Part shown: positions 27,022 through 41,200 of the stretch, piece by piece | Layout: each line of letters starts with the position of its first letter | Numbering within the stretch: position 1 is the first letter of the stretch | NCBI RefSeq assembly: GCF_023055435.1 | Contig: NW_025964001.1 | Location: 40,920,001-40,984,000, forward strand | Direction of reading: 5' to 3' | From: Haliotis rufescens | Taxonomy: Eukaryota | Length of the DNA stretch: 64,000 bases | Notes under the pieces: generated by a model | The model's database searches: none | What the model saw: only the letters and a program-made list of their open reading frames with translations | Told to the model about the DNA's origin: nothing | Made by a program: the position numbers and the translations under genes

Positions 27022-27196
27022 GGGGCGGTCTGTTGCCTAGTGGTTAAAGCGTTCGGTCGTCACGCCGAAGACCTGGGTTCGATTCCTGACATGGGTACAA
27101 TGTGTGAAGCCCATTTCTGGTGTTCCCCGGTGTGATATTGCTGGAATATTGCTAAAAGCGGCGTAAAACCAAACTCACTCACTCACTCACTCACTC
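27022..27196 (+). mobile_element. SINE family A, full length
   Basis: Same head, body and (ACTC)n tail as the 12938 copy. Confidence 0.88.
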
Positions 27197-27537
27197 TGGA
27201 ATATTGCAATAGTTCAGAAAGGTCACACACTGGCAAGGAAAAATAAGCACAAGAAGAAAACTCTAAAAAACAGACATCCCCACAACTTGTTAATTAAATA
27301 ACACAATGATACATGCATAACTGGCTTTGCAGGGGCCAACATTGCATGTTCACCATGACTGCCATTGCACTGTCGGCAGCCACTACCCTACATTTCTTGT
27401 CAAATTTTACATTTTGAAAATATCATCACAGCAATATGTAACATGTAATTGTTGTGCACACCTCATGATTACAGTATATATAATGTACAGGAGAGCAGTT
27501 GCTGAGCAAAGGGTGTTAATGACATTTTCTTTACGAC

Positions 27538-27806
27538 AGGGGGGCACGGGTGGCCCAGTCGTCTAAGGCGCCGGGATTCGCTGTGCAGAGTTGCGTCCCT
27601 TGGGCACGCCAGAAACCTATGATTGTGGGTTCGTATCGGGCAAAATAAGTTTCTAGGTTTGTCAGCACCATACCCGTGCTCGTGGATTTCACCGAAGTGG
27701 TAAATGTCTGAGACCTGCATGACTTCGGGCTTTCCTCCCACATTAAGCTGACACGCTGCGATATGACTGGAATACTGTTAAAAGCAGCGTTAAACCCAAC
27801 TCACTC
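27538..27806 (+). mobile_element. SINE family C, full length (tRNA-Leu-like head, long A-B box spacing)
   Basis: TGGCCCAGTCGTCTAAGGCGCC..GTGGGTTCG head. Further copies: ~3781..4088(+), 4451..4700(-), 5354..5572(-), 11355..11600(-), 12850..13180(+), 28601..28764(+), 29670..29890(-), 36742..36892(-), 43832..44048(-). Confidence 0.85.
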
Positions 27807-29982
27807 GTTATGACAGACATTTTAAGTCGGATCAGAGCTCCGTGAGCAGATTTAGAGACAACATTCCTGGGTTCACATACATAAATTGCCAGGTTAATAA
27901 ACGCTTAGGTTTCAGAGGAGATGACGAAAAAGCAGTCAAGACAGAGGCAGAGGTTTGGGCTGGATCAACATAAACATTTGCTAAAAAATGAATTGGAATG
28001 TTATTTAGCATACCACATACTCTTCATATAAAAAAAAGGGGACCTGTGAAGATGTGGGGTTGAATAGGTCTTCAGCAACCCATGCTTCCTGAGAGGCCAC
28101 TAGCGGGATCGGGTGGTCAGACTCGCTGACTTTGGTTGATGCATGTCATCATATCCCAATTGCGTGGATCGATGCTCATGATGTCAGTCACTGGATTGTC
28201 TGGTCCAGACTCGATTATTTACAGACTGCCGTCATATAGTTTGAATATTGCTGAGAGCAGCGTTATACAACAAATAAACAAACAAACAAACAAAGCATAT
28301 AAAAGGGACAATGAAAGGTTTATTTCTACATCATAATAGAATGTTAGCAAACTAGTAAATATGATGAATAAAAAAATGTACATGGTCACAAAACGAAAGC
28401 AATATAGATGAAAAGATGTTTTTTTGTGTGTGAATTTAACTAGATCAGAACAAATGCCCCAGGATTTCAATAATTTCAATTTTATAGGTTCAAAGACGAC
28501 TTTATTCTTAAACCTCCTCACTCTTCTCAAGGATGGCCTAGTCTTCTGAGGCATGCAATTAGATGTATATAGTTGCGACCATATGATCCCAGTTAGCCCT
28601 GATTATGTTTCTGGGTTTGTTTTCATACCTGCGCTCGCGGTTTCACCAAAGTGGTAAACGTCTGAGACCTGCATCACTTCGGGTTTTCTTCCTACATTAT
28701 GCTGACACGCCGTGATATAACTGATATAGTGTTCAAAGCGGTGTTGAACCAAACTCGCTCGCTCTACTTTAGAAGTTGGCCGTTAGAGATCACTCGACGT
28801 TGGGGCTATCAAGAAGGATCCTTATGGTCGGTGGACCTACGACGAAGAGGGACAGGTCCAGTCCTTGCCGGGGAGAAGGTCTGGGGAATGGACAAGTCTT
28901 GCAAGAGGAAAGGGCAAGTCCCTGACACCAAAGTGGTATGCTATAGATAGTAAAGGAAGTTGAAAGTAGAGGACAGAATTATGTTTGGGAAATAAGTGTA
29001 TTGGTTAGGGTCTGGTAGAAAAATTGATGCAAATTTATGGAAAGACAGCTCAAGAACACATGGAGGCTATTGGAGATAAAGGTATAGAATTTGAGCTTGT
29101 GGTGGACACAATAATATATTTATCTCAGAAGTGCAGAACAAGAATATTTAAGAATTGACATATTTTATGGAGGTATTAACGTGAAAACCCAGTGTGCAAA
29201 CTAAATCCGGGTAACGTATTCCGTTTTATACATAAGCAAAAAACACATTGAAGATTACTCTTATAAATATATACGTCCACTTTAATAATTTCACAGACTG
29301 CTTATTTTATTGTTAACACGACAAAAAGAATTGCAACACAAGTGTCACCCATTGCATCATAAGTCAACCAGGAAACAGTAATCCGTTACTGGGCTTGACC
29401 TTAAAAAATCGGTCATGGAAACGAGCGCAAAAAAGTGTTTGCTTCGCCAATCACAAGGAATCAGATGCAATTGGTTTTTTTATTGTAGAATAAATTACTC
29501 AGAAGCTTAAGTGACAGGCTAAGAGAAATGTAAGCATGGATACAAGAACGTATCTCTGTTCCATGAGGCAGAATTCGTCCCCAATCTTCCTCTACATTTC
29601 CATTGGTTAAATAGGTTGCTGCTATCGGTTAATAGGACCCAGAGTGCAAGGGCTCAACTACACAGACAGTGTGTGAGTTGGGTATAACGCCGCTTTAAAC
29701 AGTATTCCGGTTATATCACGACATCTCAGCTTGATGTGGGAGGAAAGCCCGAAGTTATGGAGATCTCAGATGTTTACCATTTTAGTGAACCACACTAGCA
29801 CGGGTGTGGTACTGAGAAACCAAGAAACATACTCAGGGCGAACCGGGATTCATAGGTTTCTGGAAAGCCTAGGGACGAAATTGCACAGTGTGGGTTCGAC
29901 CACAGTACCAATGGGTATACGTTTGCAGTATGATCTACAACGCGTGGTGTTCAGTGTCGCTCACGAAGCTTCCAACTAATTG

Positions 29983-30130
29983 CGGTGTGGTGGGGTAACC
30001 TAGTGGTTAAAGCGCTCGCTCGTCACGCCGAAGACCAGTGTTCGATTCCCCATTCAGTGTGTGATGCCCATTTTTGGTGTCCCCTGCTGTGATATAGCTT
30101 GAATATTGCGTAAAACCACATTCATTCACT
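29983..30130 (+). mobile_element. SINE family A
   Basis: Homologous to the other family A copies. Confidence 0.8.
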
Positions 30131-31587
30131 TACCAACAGATAGTTTTGAAAAAAACTGAATGTGCGAAAACGTATGGCCGGCTGACAACTCGTTAGGAAT
30201 TAGATAGGCGGACTTTTTAGGTCCAGATAATGTAATTTGACCAAGGATCGTAATCGGAGTCCACCTGGGATTCGAACAACGAAAAGCTGATTCTTACAAG
30301 GCTTAGGGACAAAGTACTGCACAGCGACTGATGTAACATTGTGGTGTGAAATAGGATCTCCATAAACACATTGCCAGGTTTGTCTGGCTTGTTTTGCAGC
30401 GTGGATATCGGCCAGGCGCTGGCACAGATAGACAACTTGTCTTGCAGTCGACATGCAACTCTATACTTGACTGCAGCCAGGCTTATTCTAGACGGTCAGC
30501 ACAGATACCGGCATACGGTCTCTGGTCAGTACAATCATTACAATGATAGGTTTATATATATATATATATACATCGTTTCTGTACAACATAGACGAAGAAC
30601 GCAATAGTATACAATGCTACTGTCCTATTCACAGCATGTTTCCGTGGAAACGCAAAGATATGTATTCTAAAATTGTTAACACATTATCTGAATCGCAAAA
30701 TGCACAACTGGAGGACTTGTTGCCCAAACGTCGTAAAGTGGTTTGTAGACAAACATACATACAGGCAGTTATTTGCTAATTGGTAGCAAATCAAGGTCAT
30801 ATCAGAGTAATTTAATTTTTACACGCTTTTATTATGGACAAGCGTCGGTCCGTAATTCGTTATACCGTTATCTTTTCGGCTTCTGATATAGGTCCAATCA
30901 GTGCTTCTTATAAAAATGGCATGTTTATATACCTCTTATAAAGTGCATTGGATAGCGCGCTGTATTTTATGACCAGCAACTTCGTCATGTTTCAACAGTT
31001 GAACCGATCACGCCTTATAGCGGGGACGGAAGGGGGCGTGACTACCGATGCTGAGGCACATGCTGCTCCAGATACGGGATCCATATGGTATGTATCTTAG
31101 ATTAACCTAGGGGCAAAGGTCACGACCACCTTGTTGTGAGGGTGGACAGCTGGGGTGTATGTCTAACCACTTACTGACAACTATCAATAGTGTAAGAACA
31201 GAGTGCGGTTTGAATATAAGGTAGGTGTAACATAGGTTCTATTGACAGTAATGTGTGCACAACCTCGCGTGTATTTTCCGACCATATATTACTAAATATA
31301 GGATCTAGAATCGTGATGGGAGGCAAAATATAACATATATTCATCATGGTTTCGGAGGCCAGGACCTGGCTGGACTGGTGTGTCATCGTACCCAAATGTG
31401 TGGATTTAAGAGTCCCGTTAGCAATAACGGGATCGAGTGGTGAGACTTGGTTGAATCGTGTCATCGTATCAGAATTGCGTAGATCGATGCTCATGATGTC
31501 AATCACTGGATTGTCTGGTCCATACTGGATTTTTTACGGATCGCCGTCATATAGCAGCAATAATGCAGGGCGTGGCGTTAAACAACA

Positions 31588-31663
31588 TACACGCACACAC
31601 GTACGCAATCACGCACGCACGCACGCACGTACACACGCACGCACGCACGCACGTACACACACA
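31588..31663. repeat. (GCAC)n-type microsatellite at a SINE tail
   Basis: Imperfect ACGC/GCAC run. Confidence 0.8.
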
Positions 31664-32292
31664 CCACCGTATCTTGTCGCCATGCTGGGCTATTGTAACC
31701 GCTGGATACTGTATATAGCTGAAATATCACTGATTACGTGATGCAGCAGCCGAAATATACCACTAGCTATATAAGATTGGAAAATGAGGATTTTCCCGTC
31801 GTTATATGGTCGAAAATATTGCCACGCGATTAGCAGTCGTAACATCACACATTTCAAGATAAGTATAATTAGTTCCTTAGGAAAACACTTAACATCATGA
31901 TGAGGAAATATAGGTCAACGGCAGATGTCAAGCTCTGATTTGGATTATATTAATTGCGACATCTAGCCTGAAATTGGGGTGACATCTAGCCTTGAAGCAG
32001 TTTCCGAGATACATTTTTTGTTTCTTATCAAAGGTGTGTTCCGAATGTAACTTCAATATAACATTAAAACAGCATTTCAGTTGTTTGTTGACTGTAAATT
32101 TTATCATGACTAAGCGAGACTAGGGTTGCGAATGGAGATCGTTACTGGAATGTAAGAAGGAATGTTGTATACATTAAAATGGGTGGTGCAATAAGAGCTA
32201 CTCCGGCACAACAGACAGCTTCATGTCCTCATCAGTGATGAATGGTACAAATATGCGGCAATTATTCAATCCAGGTTTCCATCCAGGGCGTC

Positions 32293-35200
32293 ATGATGGC
32301 GGGTTTCCTGACACTTGTCGTCACCACAATGATGCTGCTTCTTCACACCTACGGACACAGAGACACGGGCAACGTCGTGTCGTGGATGGATTCCCGTAAA
32401 AGTCCAGATGTCCATTTAATAGGGTCGTTCGGTCAGTCTGCTGGAGTCACCACGCCTCATGGACATGGGTCATCAGACAGGATATGTACGAATCGTCATG
32501 GTGACACGCGTTACAGAGTGTCCTGTGACGCTGACAAGGCCCCGCCTTCCCCTCTTCCCCAAGACGCAACCGTGTTTGAGTTCGATGAGTAAGTTGCACC
32601 CACATATTGATGTGGAGGGAGGCAAGATTCTATGGCCTTTGTGTTAACTGTGGCCATTGTCGTGAAATATCACGAGGGGAATAGTTTGTTTATCTAGATT
32701 GACTTAGAAAAAACTTGAGTTAAACAGATAATATAACAGCTGTCCTGGCCTGCGGATATTGATCACCTCCGAAGCCTCCCTTAAGGTCCTTGATAGAATT
32801 GGTCTTCAGCAATCAATGCTTGTCGTAAGAATCGAATAACGGGTTCCGTAGGTCTGGGTCGCTGACTTTGTTGATGCATGCTACTGCATACCAATTGCGT
32901 GGATTAATGCTCATGATGTCAATCACTGGGTACTTTGTCCAGACTCGGTTATTTACAGACTGCCGTTATACTGGTGTATTGCTGAGTACGCCGTTTAACA
33001 ACAAACAAATATCTTCGAGGGTAACTTCTTTACTAAAGTGACATTTAGAAGTTAGTATGGTGTACAAGGGAGATAGTTCTCTGGATATACGTGTGCTTCA
33101 TAACGGTGTTAGGACCCGTGAAGATCCAGGATAGAATAGGTCTTCAGCAACCCACACTTGCCTTAAAAAGCAACTGCTTGTCGGAAGAGGCGAGTACGTG
33201 ATCGGGTGGTCAGGCTCGCTGACTTTTTTGTTTCATGTCATCGTTTCCCATTTGCGTACATCGATGCTCATGATGTCAATCACTGGATTGTCTAGTACAG
33301 CCCCGATTATTTTAAGACCGCCGTCATATAGCTGGAATATTGCGGCGTTAAACAACAAACAAACAAACAAAACAAACATAACGGTGTAAGTATATATCTA
33401 CACTGAAATCCATTGTAATAAAAAAGTTGTACATCCATAGAACTATCTCCCTTGTTCATCTTCGAGGATTCTGTCACATTTCATGACCTCGGTTGTCTCT
33501 CTTGACCGTCAATAAATCGAGGATGGCTACGAATATCGCACTTATAAAGGAGAAAGGACAATCCAAGTTCCTGATTTCCATTATCACTGCAAGGCAAAAA
33601 TTGAGACATTGAAATTGGATGTGGAGTATTGAGTTAGTGATCATGATCAAGGCCACTTAACGCTTGATTTGGAACACGGTAAATTCAAACTTGATGGGGT
33701 TATTGTCTTCGCACGAGTATACGTAGTAGAGTACTGGTATATCATAATAGGTACATACCCTTTTCTCAGTCTTCGTGTCATGTACATCTAGCTCCAAGAC
33801 GTTTACATATCTTTCAAAGATCGATCAAACTGTACAAATGTCGATTAGACAAAGACCATGTATTTTTCGACCTTATATTTCTAGATATAGGATAAGAGGC
33901 AATATAACATATTCCTTATGATTTTGGAGGCCAGGACCTAGCTGGACTGGTGTGTTTTCGTACCCATATGTGTGGATATAAGGGTCCCGTTGACCGCCTC
34001 CGTTGTCTAGTGGTAGAGCGTCCGCCCGGATAGCGAGTGGTCCGGGGTTAGATCCCGGCGGCGTCATACCAAAAGACGTTAAAATATGGTACTTGTTGTT
34101 ACCCTGCCTGGCGCTCAGCATTAAGGAGCTGGTCGGCTCGAAGTCAGTATACTGTGTCTGAGTGGGGTATTCCTGTTAAATTGCAGCATGGTATCTCAGT
34201 GGGCTAGCACTATAAAATCGGCATCAGTCAGAACTAGTACATGCAGCGAAAAACACACTCGTGCTATACAAGTGCGGTAATCTGGGGCGACGTTCAACCA
34301 CATTTTACCTCACCTGTTCGATACACAAGACTGAAAAGGTTAGCTGCAGAACCTTTGGTCCTATCTTCTGGTCTAGGTTAATTCTCCCCACGGGAAAAGA
34401 ATATCTTCATGCTATCTATGTATGTGTCTATACAGAAATATTCAATATTAAAATGAACATTCCAGCATACCTTTATACATGGTCTCACCGATAGGTACCC
34501 GAAAGATGAACGCCTATGGCCCGAGATCGGCAATGGCCACGTGGCCACAGTCGTCAAGGGCGACTCCATGTTCATGAATGGTCTGTATAACGGCAAGGAA
34601 CGGGACAGTCACAGAGCCCGACTTCCGTCCACCGTGGCCGTCTCCATCACCTCCATTACCCCTAGCAACGTCACTAAGAAATTCGCCCTTGACATTGGCA
34701 GAGGTGAGATTCCACAGACGTATTTAAATATCATATTTATAAAATGGGACCCTTGAAGATCCGGGGTAGAATAGGTCTTCAGCAACCCATGCTTGTCGTT
34801 AGAGGCGACTAACGGGATCGGGTGGTCAGGCTCGCTGACTTGGTTGATGCATGTCATCGTATCCCAATTGCGTAGATCGATGATCGTGATATACATCCAG
34901 GGTTGTCTAGTCCAGAATCGATTATTTACAGACCGCCGTCATATAGCTGGAATATTGCTGAGAAGGGCGTTAAACAACAAACAAAAATCAAATAAAACGG
35001 ACCCATTTTGAAATAGATGTTTATACATGTTAGCTAGATTACGTCGATTAGGTTTCTTCAGCATCAAGATGAATCCAAGACATTTCTGATGAGGACTCGA
35101 TGAGCAGTAGACGCCCATCTATAGATTAAGGCTCTATTTATGAGTGAGTGGGTGAGTTTACCCATATGGGGAATCGAACCCGGACGTTCGCGTGATGAGT

Positions 35201-38200
35201 TGACGCTTAACACAAGGCTACCCGACCGCCCCTTATACTGATACATCAACATAAAACTATTACTAGTAAGAGTCGAACGGCGACTAAAATAGACATCGTT
35301 GGTCAAAATGGCTGCCTTGTCTCGATGACGCCTGAATGGTGAACTCCCGGGTAATGTCAAGCGGAGTTGAGTTTATGAAAATGTATATACGAAAACACAC
35401 ATAACGTCTCGATGCATAAATGTGTATACACATGAAAGAGGGACTTTTTCCTTCTTATTTTTTAAAGAAATAAAAAAATATTATTTTTTTTAATGAAGGA
35501 TTTTGTGCCACGATCTGGTGCCTCTTTCCAGCCCCGGTTTTAAAGATAGTAATTAGTGCCTTGTGTGAACCTCTGACATTATCTTTATCTAATCAGGGAA
35601 GATTACTATAGATGTACACATAAAGTTGGGGTAGCAGACAAAGTGGTGTTTGGACAACTTAAATAACACATTCTAGAAGTGCCAATTCCTGAGCCACGTC
35701 TCTCTATTAATATCATAGTGTATATCAACAAGAAATCGGCGATATAACATTATTCCTAAACGAATTGCACCAAAAACCATCATATAGTCTGTATTCAAAC
35801 TGACATCTTCCCGAGTCAAGGGAGTTAACCGACTGCAAAAGTCCAGTTTCCACATAGTCGGTTAATTCCCTTGCCTCGGGAAAATGCAAAACTGGAAATA
35901 TCTTCGAAATGTAAAGATTGTTCAGTAAAAATCTATGTTGTACACAGAACGTTATTGAACAAACGACTTTCCACATTACATTATGATATATATTTCAAAG
36001 TTTACGTGTAATAGTTTCCGTTTACATGTGGAAATTAGAAGACACAGCTACACTTCCCATAATGAACGATTTTGAGATTTTTGTTTGCCCCCAAACTGTA
36101 AATATATTGAAGATGAAAAACATGTGATGTCTATATGTGAAAAATATGCCACTATAACAAGTATGTATAAAACGCCATATTACACTGCAGATCTATCCCT
36201 AATACAATTCACACAGATAATGCAAACAGGCGATAATCTTGCCCTTCAAAATGTGGGTTTATACTTAGCAAAAAGCTACAAATAAAGAAATGAAATTGTT
36301 ACTGAAATATATTGTCTGTCTGTATATCACAGGTGTATACTATGAGCGCTATGACGGAGATGGGTTCTACGTTGAACTACGTATGTATGCACACAGAGTG
36401 GTGACGAGCGTGATCGCCATAGAGCTGATCATAGCCGACACGTCCGACAACCGCAACAGTGACGTCGCGGTGACCTTACACGTCAACAACGGCACAGCCA
36501 GTGACGACATCACTTGGACGAAGGTTGACGACAGCGGTCAGATCACGTGAGTTTAACTTAAAATGTTTATATCTACAATGAATACACATAAACAATATTT
36601 ATATATAAACGATGGGGTAATTAACTTGAGTTGGGCAGCTTGTTGACGATGGAGATGCAAAGACGTCCACCTGTTCGGCAATATTCGTGTTGGATGAAGA
36701 TCAGTATTGACGAACGTTTGATAATGTTTTGTTATGGTGGGTGTGAGTGAGTGAGTTTAACGCCGCTTTGATCAGTATTCCAGTTATATCAAGACGTGTC
36801 AGCTTAATGTGGGAGGAAAGCCCGGAGTGATGCAGGTATGAGACATTTACCATTTTCTGTGAAACCCACGAGCACGGTTATAGTGCTGACAGACTATGTG
36901 GGAAACAACGGTGATATACACAAGCTTCCTATGGAAATGAATCGCCAAACAAAAAAGGAAATGAGTGAATGGTGTTAAAACGCCGTAGTCTCAAATATTC
37001 GATGTATTTCACGGCGGCATGTACATAATGGAGTCGGGACCAGGCAAATGACGAAATCGAGATGGGATGACGCCCATTCAGCCAAATCACACAGCCTGTC
37101 CCGATCAAAAATAGTTGCTTTTAACAACATGCCTATCTTAACCCGGGTGGGCCTATTTTGACTCAAGGCCAAACGGGTCTCAAGGAACCCCGGCACGAAT
37201 AGGGACACAGAGAAGTGCTACACCCTAGACGTCCGGAGAAGCCATGACCTCACATGTACAGTAATAGACACGGTGGTGATCAGCCATTTTGTATTCCACT
37301 AGTTCAAAGAGCGGCTACACCAAAGAAGCTGAGTACTTTGCGGTGGCACCGGTGACGCCGGTGACAGTTTTTTCCAGCAACATCCCCAGCAGAGCGTCAC
37401 TTCCGGGAGGCATCTCCAAGGAGGATGTTGTTTTCTTCACGTCTATCAGCACAGACAAAAGCAAGGCCATCGACGGCTTCAACCAAGGTCAGAGACAAGA
37501 AACCGTCATCAAATTAATCTGTCATCTAACTTGCTGTACTGATAATGGTGATAATGCCGTATTGGCATCTGGCTACTATGTGGTTACTATGTTACTTTCT
37601 AGTGTACACATAGGTACTGGTTTTCAGAAGGGAATCGCCAAACTTTCTGTCTGAAATTTCTGTCTGTAAGTCTAGACAGTCGTCTCCCTTTCTGTAAGTT
37701 CAGACAGTCGTCTGGCTTTCCGTACGTTCAGACAGTCGTCTCACTTTCTGAACGTTCAGACAGTCGTCTCACTTTCTGTAAGTTCAGACAGTCGTCTCAC
37801 TTTCTGTAAGTTCAGACAGTCGTCTGGCTTTTTGTAAATTCAGACAGTCGTCTCACTTTCTGTAAGTTCAGACAGTCGTCTCACTTTCTGTAAGTTCAGA
37901 CAGTCGTCTGGCTTTCTGTAAGTTCAGACAGTCGTCTGGCTTTCTGTAAGTTCAGACAGTCGTCTCACTTTCTGTAAGGGCAGACAGTCGTCTGGCTTTC
38001 TGTAAGTTCAGAGAGTCGTCTCACTTTCTGTAATATCATAGATTAGTTCAGACAGCCACACGCCTTTCTGTAATGAATGAAAATCTGAATGAAAATCTGA
38101 ATGAAAATCACGATTTAATAGCTACAGCAGGATAGTGCAGGATAAAAGCTATTGTCATAAAAAAAAATCAGATGTTGATATAAAAGTTACATTTAAAATC

Positions 38201-41200
38201 ATTTGGTAATGAAAATGGTACAGCAAGGCGTGCAACTGTTTGAACTAATATATAATGTAACAGAAACCAGACGACTGTCAGCACCTATATACAGTCACCT
38301 GCCTGTTCGAAATATTATAATAATTTCGGACAGTCGTCTGGGTTTCTGTAATGCAATCTGCGTTTAAAGACATCCATATGGTTTCTATAATTTTACATAC
38401 CGGTTCAATCAGTCACCTATATACTGTGTATGGCAAGTTTACAGATTTACGTGGCGTTCTGTAACGTAAAATATAATGAGAAGATCGGACAACAAACAAA
38501 GTGTACACTGCAAGGGCGGATACAACATTTTTAAAAGGGAGGGGTACAAAATATCAAAAATCCCATTTCCCCACCACATCCCTCCAGATCCACCTATGTA
38601 CACTGCTAATAAAATACGCTCATGTCTAAATGTAACTTATTCTTTGTTAGCTATGGCGTTAATGTCGAATGGGACGCTATACTCCTCCCACGTGGCTGCT
38701 TGGGGGGATCTTTGGGAGAAGGGTCGCGTGGATGTGGAGGGGAACCTCACCCTTGCCAGAATCAACTATGCCTGTCTCTACTACCTCACCAGTTCTCTCC
38801 CTTTGAAGGAGGATGCCGCCTGGCCATTCGTTGGCCTGTCGCCAGGAGGACTAGCCCACGGCGCCCGTGGGAAGGTAATGCATTTTCGTAATGAACTGGA
38901 CTTAGGTTGTTTGATTACGAAAGCCCATTAGAAAGCCCATCAGGACCATATTGGTATTTTTTTTTTTTCTCTTTTAAAACTCGTTATTACGACTTCAAAA
39001 ACTTGACATACGAGAATAAAGTCGTAATTACGAGGAAAAAATCGTAATTACGTTTACAATGATGATGATGATGAAAATCACCGTGATATAATGACAAAGC
39101 AATAAACAGAATCTTATTATAAACTATTTTTTCTCGTAATTACGAGTTTTGAAAAACTTTGGGGCAGCCACACTGAAAGTCTTTAGTCCATAGCTGGAAA
39201 GTCTATACTGAGGAACAGCTAAATAGCAGGTGTTGATTTGCTGATCAAAGAGTTCTTGGTGGATTATGAAGCTGGAGCAGAATGGAAAGATAAGCTGGAG
39301 CCCGGTTGTTGACACACTTGTAAGACAAAGACAGCATTTTGTACATGATCCTTGACTCAACCGGAAGCTAGTGTAGATGCTTGAGGACAGGAGTGATGTG
39401 TGACGTACGTGATGTCCTTGTCACAATCCTGTTTGCCGTGTTCTGCACTAACTGGAGACGGTCTCGCGTTTGCTTTGCAACCCCCACAACAAGCTGTTTC
39501 AGTAGTCTAGCCGGGATAACACCAAAGACTGAATCAGGTTCTTAGCCGCCCCTGTGGTGATGTGGTTCCTTATCTGACCAATGCATCCTAAGTGAAAGTA
39601 GCATGATCTGCAAAGCTGGTTAACTTGGGCATCAAGGGTGAGGTTTGAGTCAATGATTATACCTAGACTTTTCACTTTGTCAGTCAGTCTGCGATTATCC
39701 AGTGGTAATGGTTGTCTCTGCTAAACTGCAAAGTTGATGTTTCGTTCCAGCTAGTAGGGCTTCGGTTTAGTCGTCATTTAACTTAAGCCTCCTTTATGAC
39801 ATCCACGACTTCATGTCAATAGAGCCCTCAGTAATGTGCCCCAGCGAAACTGATGTTTCCGTTGCTTTAGATGAATTGAGCAGTTGTTAGTTGTCTGCTG
39901 GTTCAGTCAATGATTCTGTACCACCATCTGTAGTGTGTTTGTATACAGTATAAACAACAGCGGACCTAGCACTGATCCTTAGGGAACTCCACACTCCATG
40001 TAGAAAGTATCTCCTGCTTGTCAATGATGACTGCTTGACTTCTACAGATAGGACCTAATCAGCCGTTAGTCGCCTCTTACGACAAGCATGGGTTGCTGAA
40101 GACCAATTCTAACCCAGGTCTTCAAGGTTGAGTGATTTGGGAGGTTAACATTTGGGAGTATTCACATCACGATGGTCACTCCTAAGCTCCAAGCCACGGA
40201 GTCATATGACACAACCATGCAACATGGCAGATTATTGTATTTGGTTTGTCAGCACCATACCCGTGCTAGTAGATTTCACCTAAGTGATGACCGTTTAAGA
40301 CATGCGTTACTGTCCACAACATTACGCTGACGCTCAAAGTGGCATTCGTCAAAAAGCCCCCTTCGTATATCAAAGTCATAGGCACACTCACCCCCCCCCC
40401 CCCCCCCCCCCCCCCCCTTCCCTCTTGAAAACCAAATGCAATATGCAGGCAGTAAAATTATCTACGAGAGATCTTTGATAGTTTAGACCCCTCCCCTTTA
40501 AAATGCTGGATCCGGCCTTGAAAGTTGACAGTAGTTACACATAATGCATACTAATCAAAATAAGTTAAAGAACACCCGATTTGTTTTTCATATGACTAAA
40601 CATGAAGTTAATCTGTGGCCATATACTAGTAATCATATAAAATAACCGGGTGTTCTTTAACTTCTTTGGAGTAGTATACATCAGTTACTCGTCCCCAGGA
40701 TTATAACGGCCACGTGTTCTGGGACCAGTCCACGTGGATGTTCCCACCAATCATGATGCTCCATGCTGACCTAGGCCGCACGGTGGTTGGCACCCGCATA
40801 CGCACGTTGAAAACAGCCCAGATGTTGGCCAACTCGACTGGATACCGCGGAGCCAGATTTCCATGGGAGTCGGCATTCACAGGTCTGATTTTCTTTCCAC
40901 AGAAAGTTAGTATGATAGTCAAGGAATACAAAACACGAAGTAGAGATTAATTTTAATTAATTGACGTCCCGTAATACCAAAGCCTTATTTACATATTTTA
41001 AGTGTAAAGCTCCCGATAAATACGAGAAATAATTTATAAGTTTTATCCAGGATGCATCATGCCTTCCGGTTCTGTCCACTTCTAAATGGACCGCCTACGT
41101 GGTCTAGTGGTTGAGCGTCCGCCCGGAGAGCGGCTGGTCCGGGGTTTGATCCCCGTCCGCGTCATACCAAAAATACCCGTCAAAAGATGGTACTTGTTGT

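Noticed and set aside
27022-27095. tRNA-Asp-like and other tRNA-like sequences
   Set aside because: They are SINE heads: followed by SINE body and tail, multi-copy, several with TSDs, and with poor acceptor stems.
30180-30720. GC-richer segments that look like decayed coding sequence (also ~45950..46500 and ~50790..51760)
   Set aside because: No recognisable motifs or consistent splice structure. They may be old transposon remnants and need a translated search.
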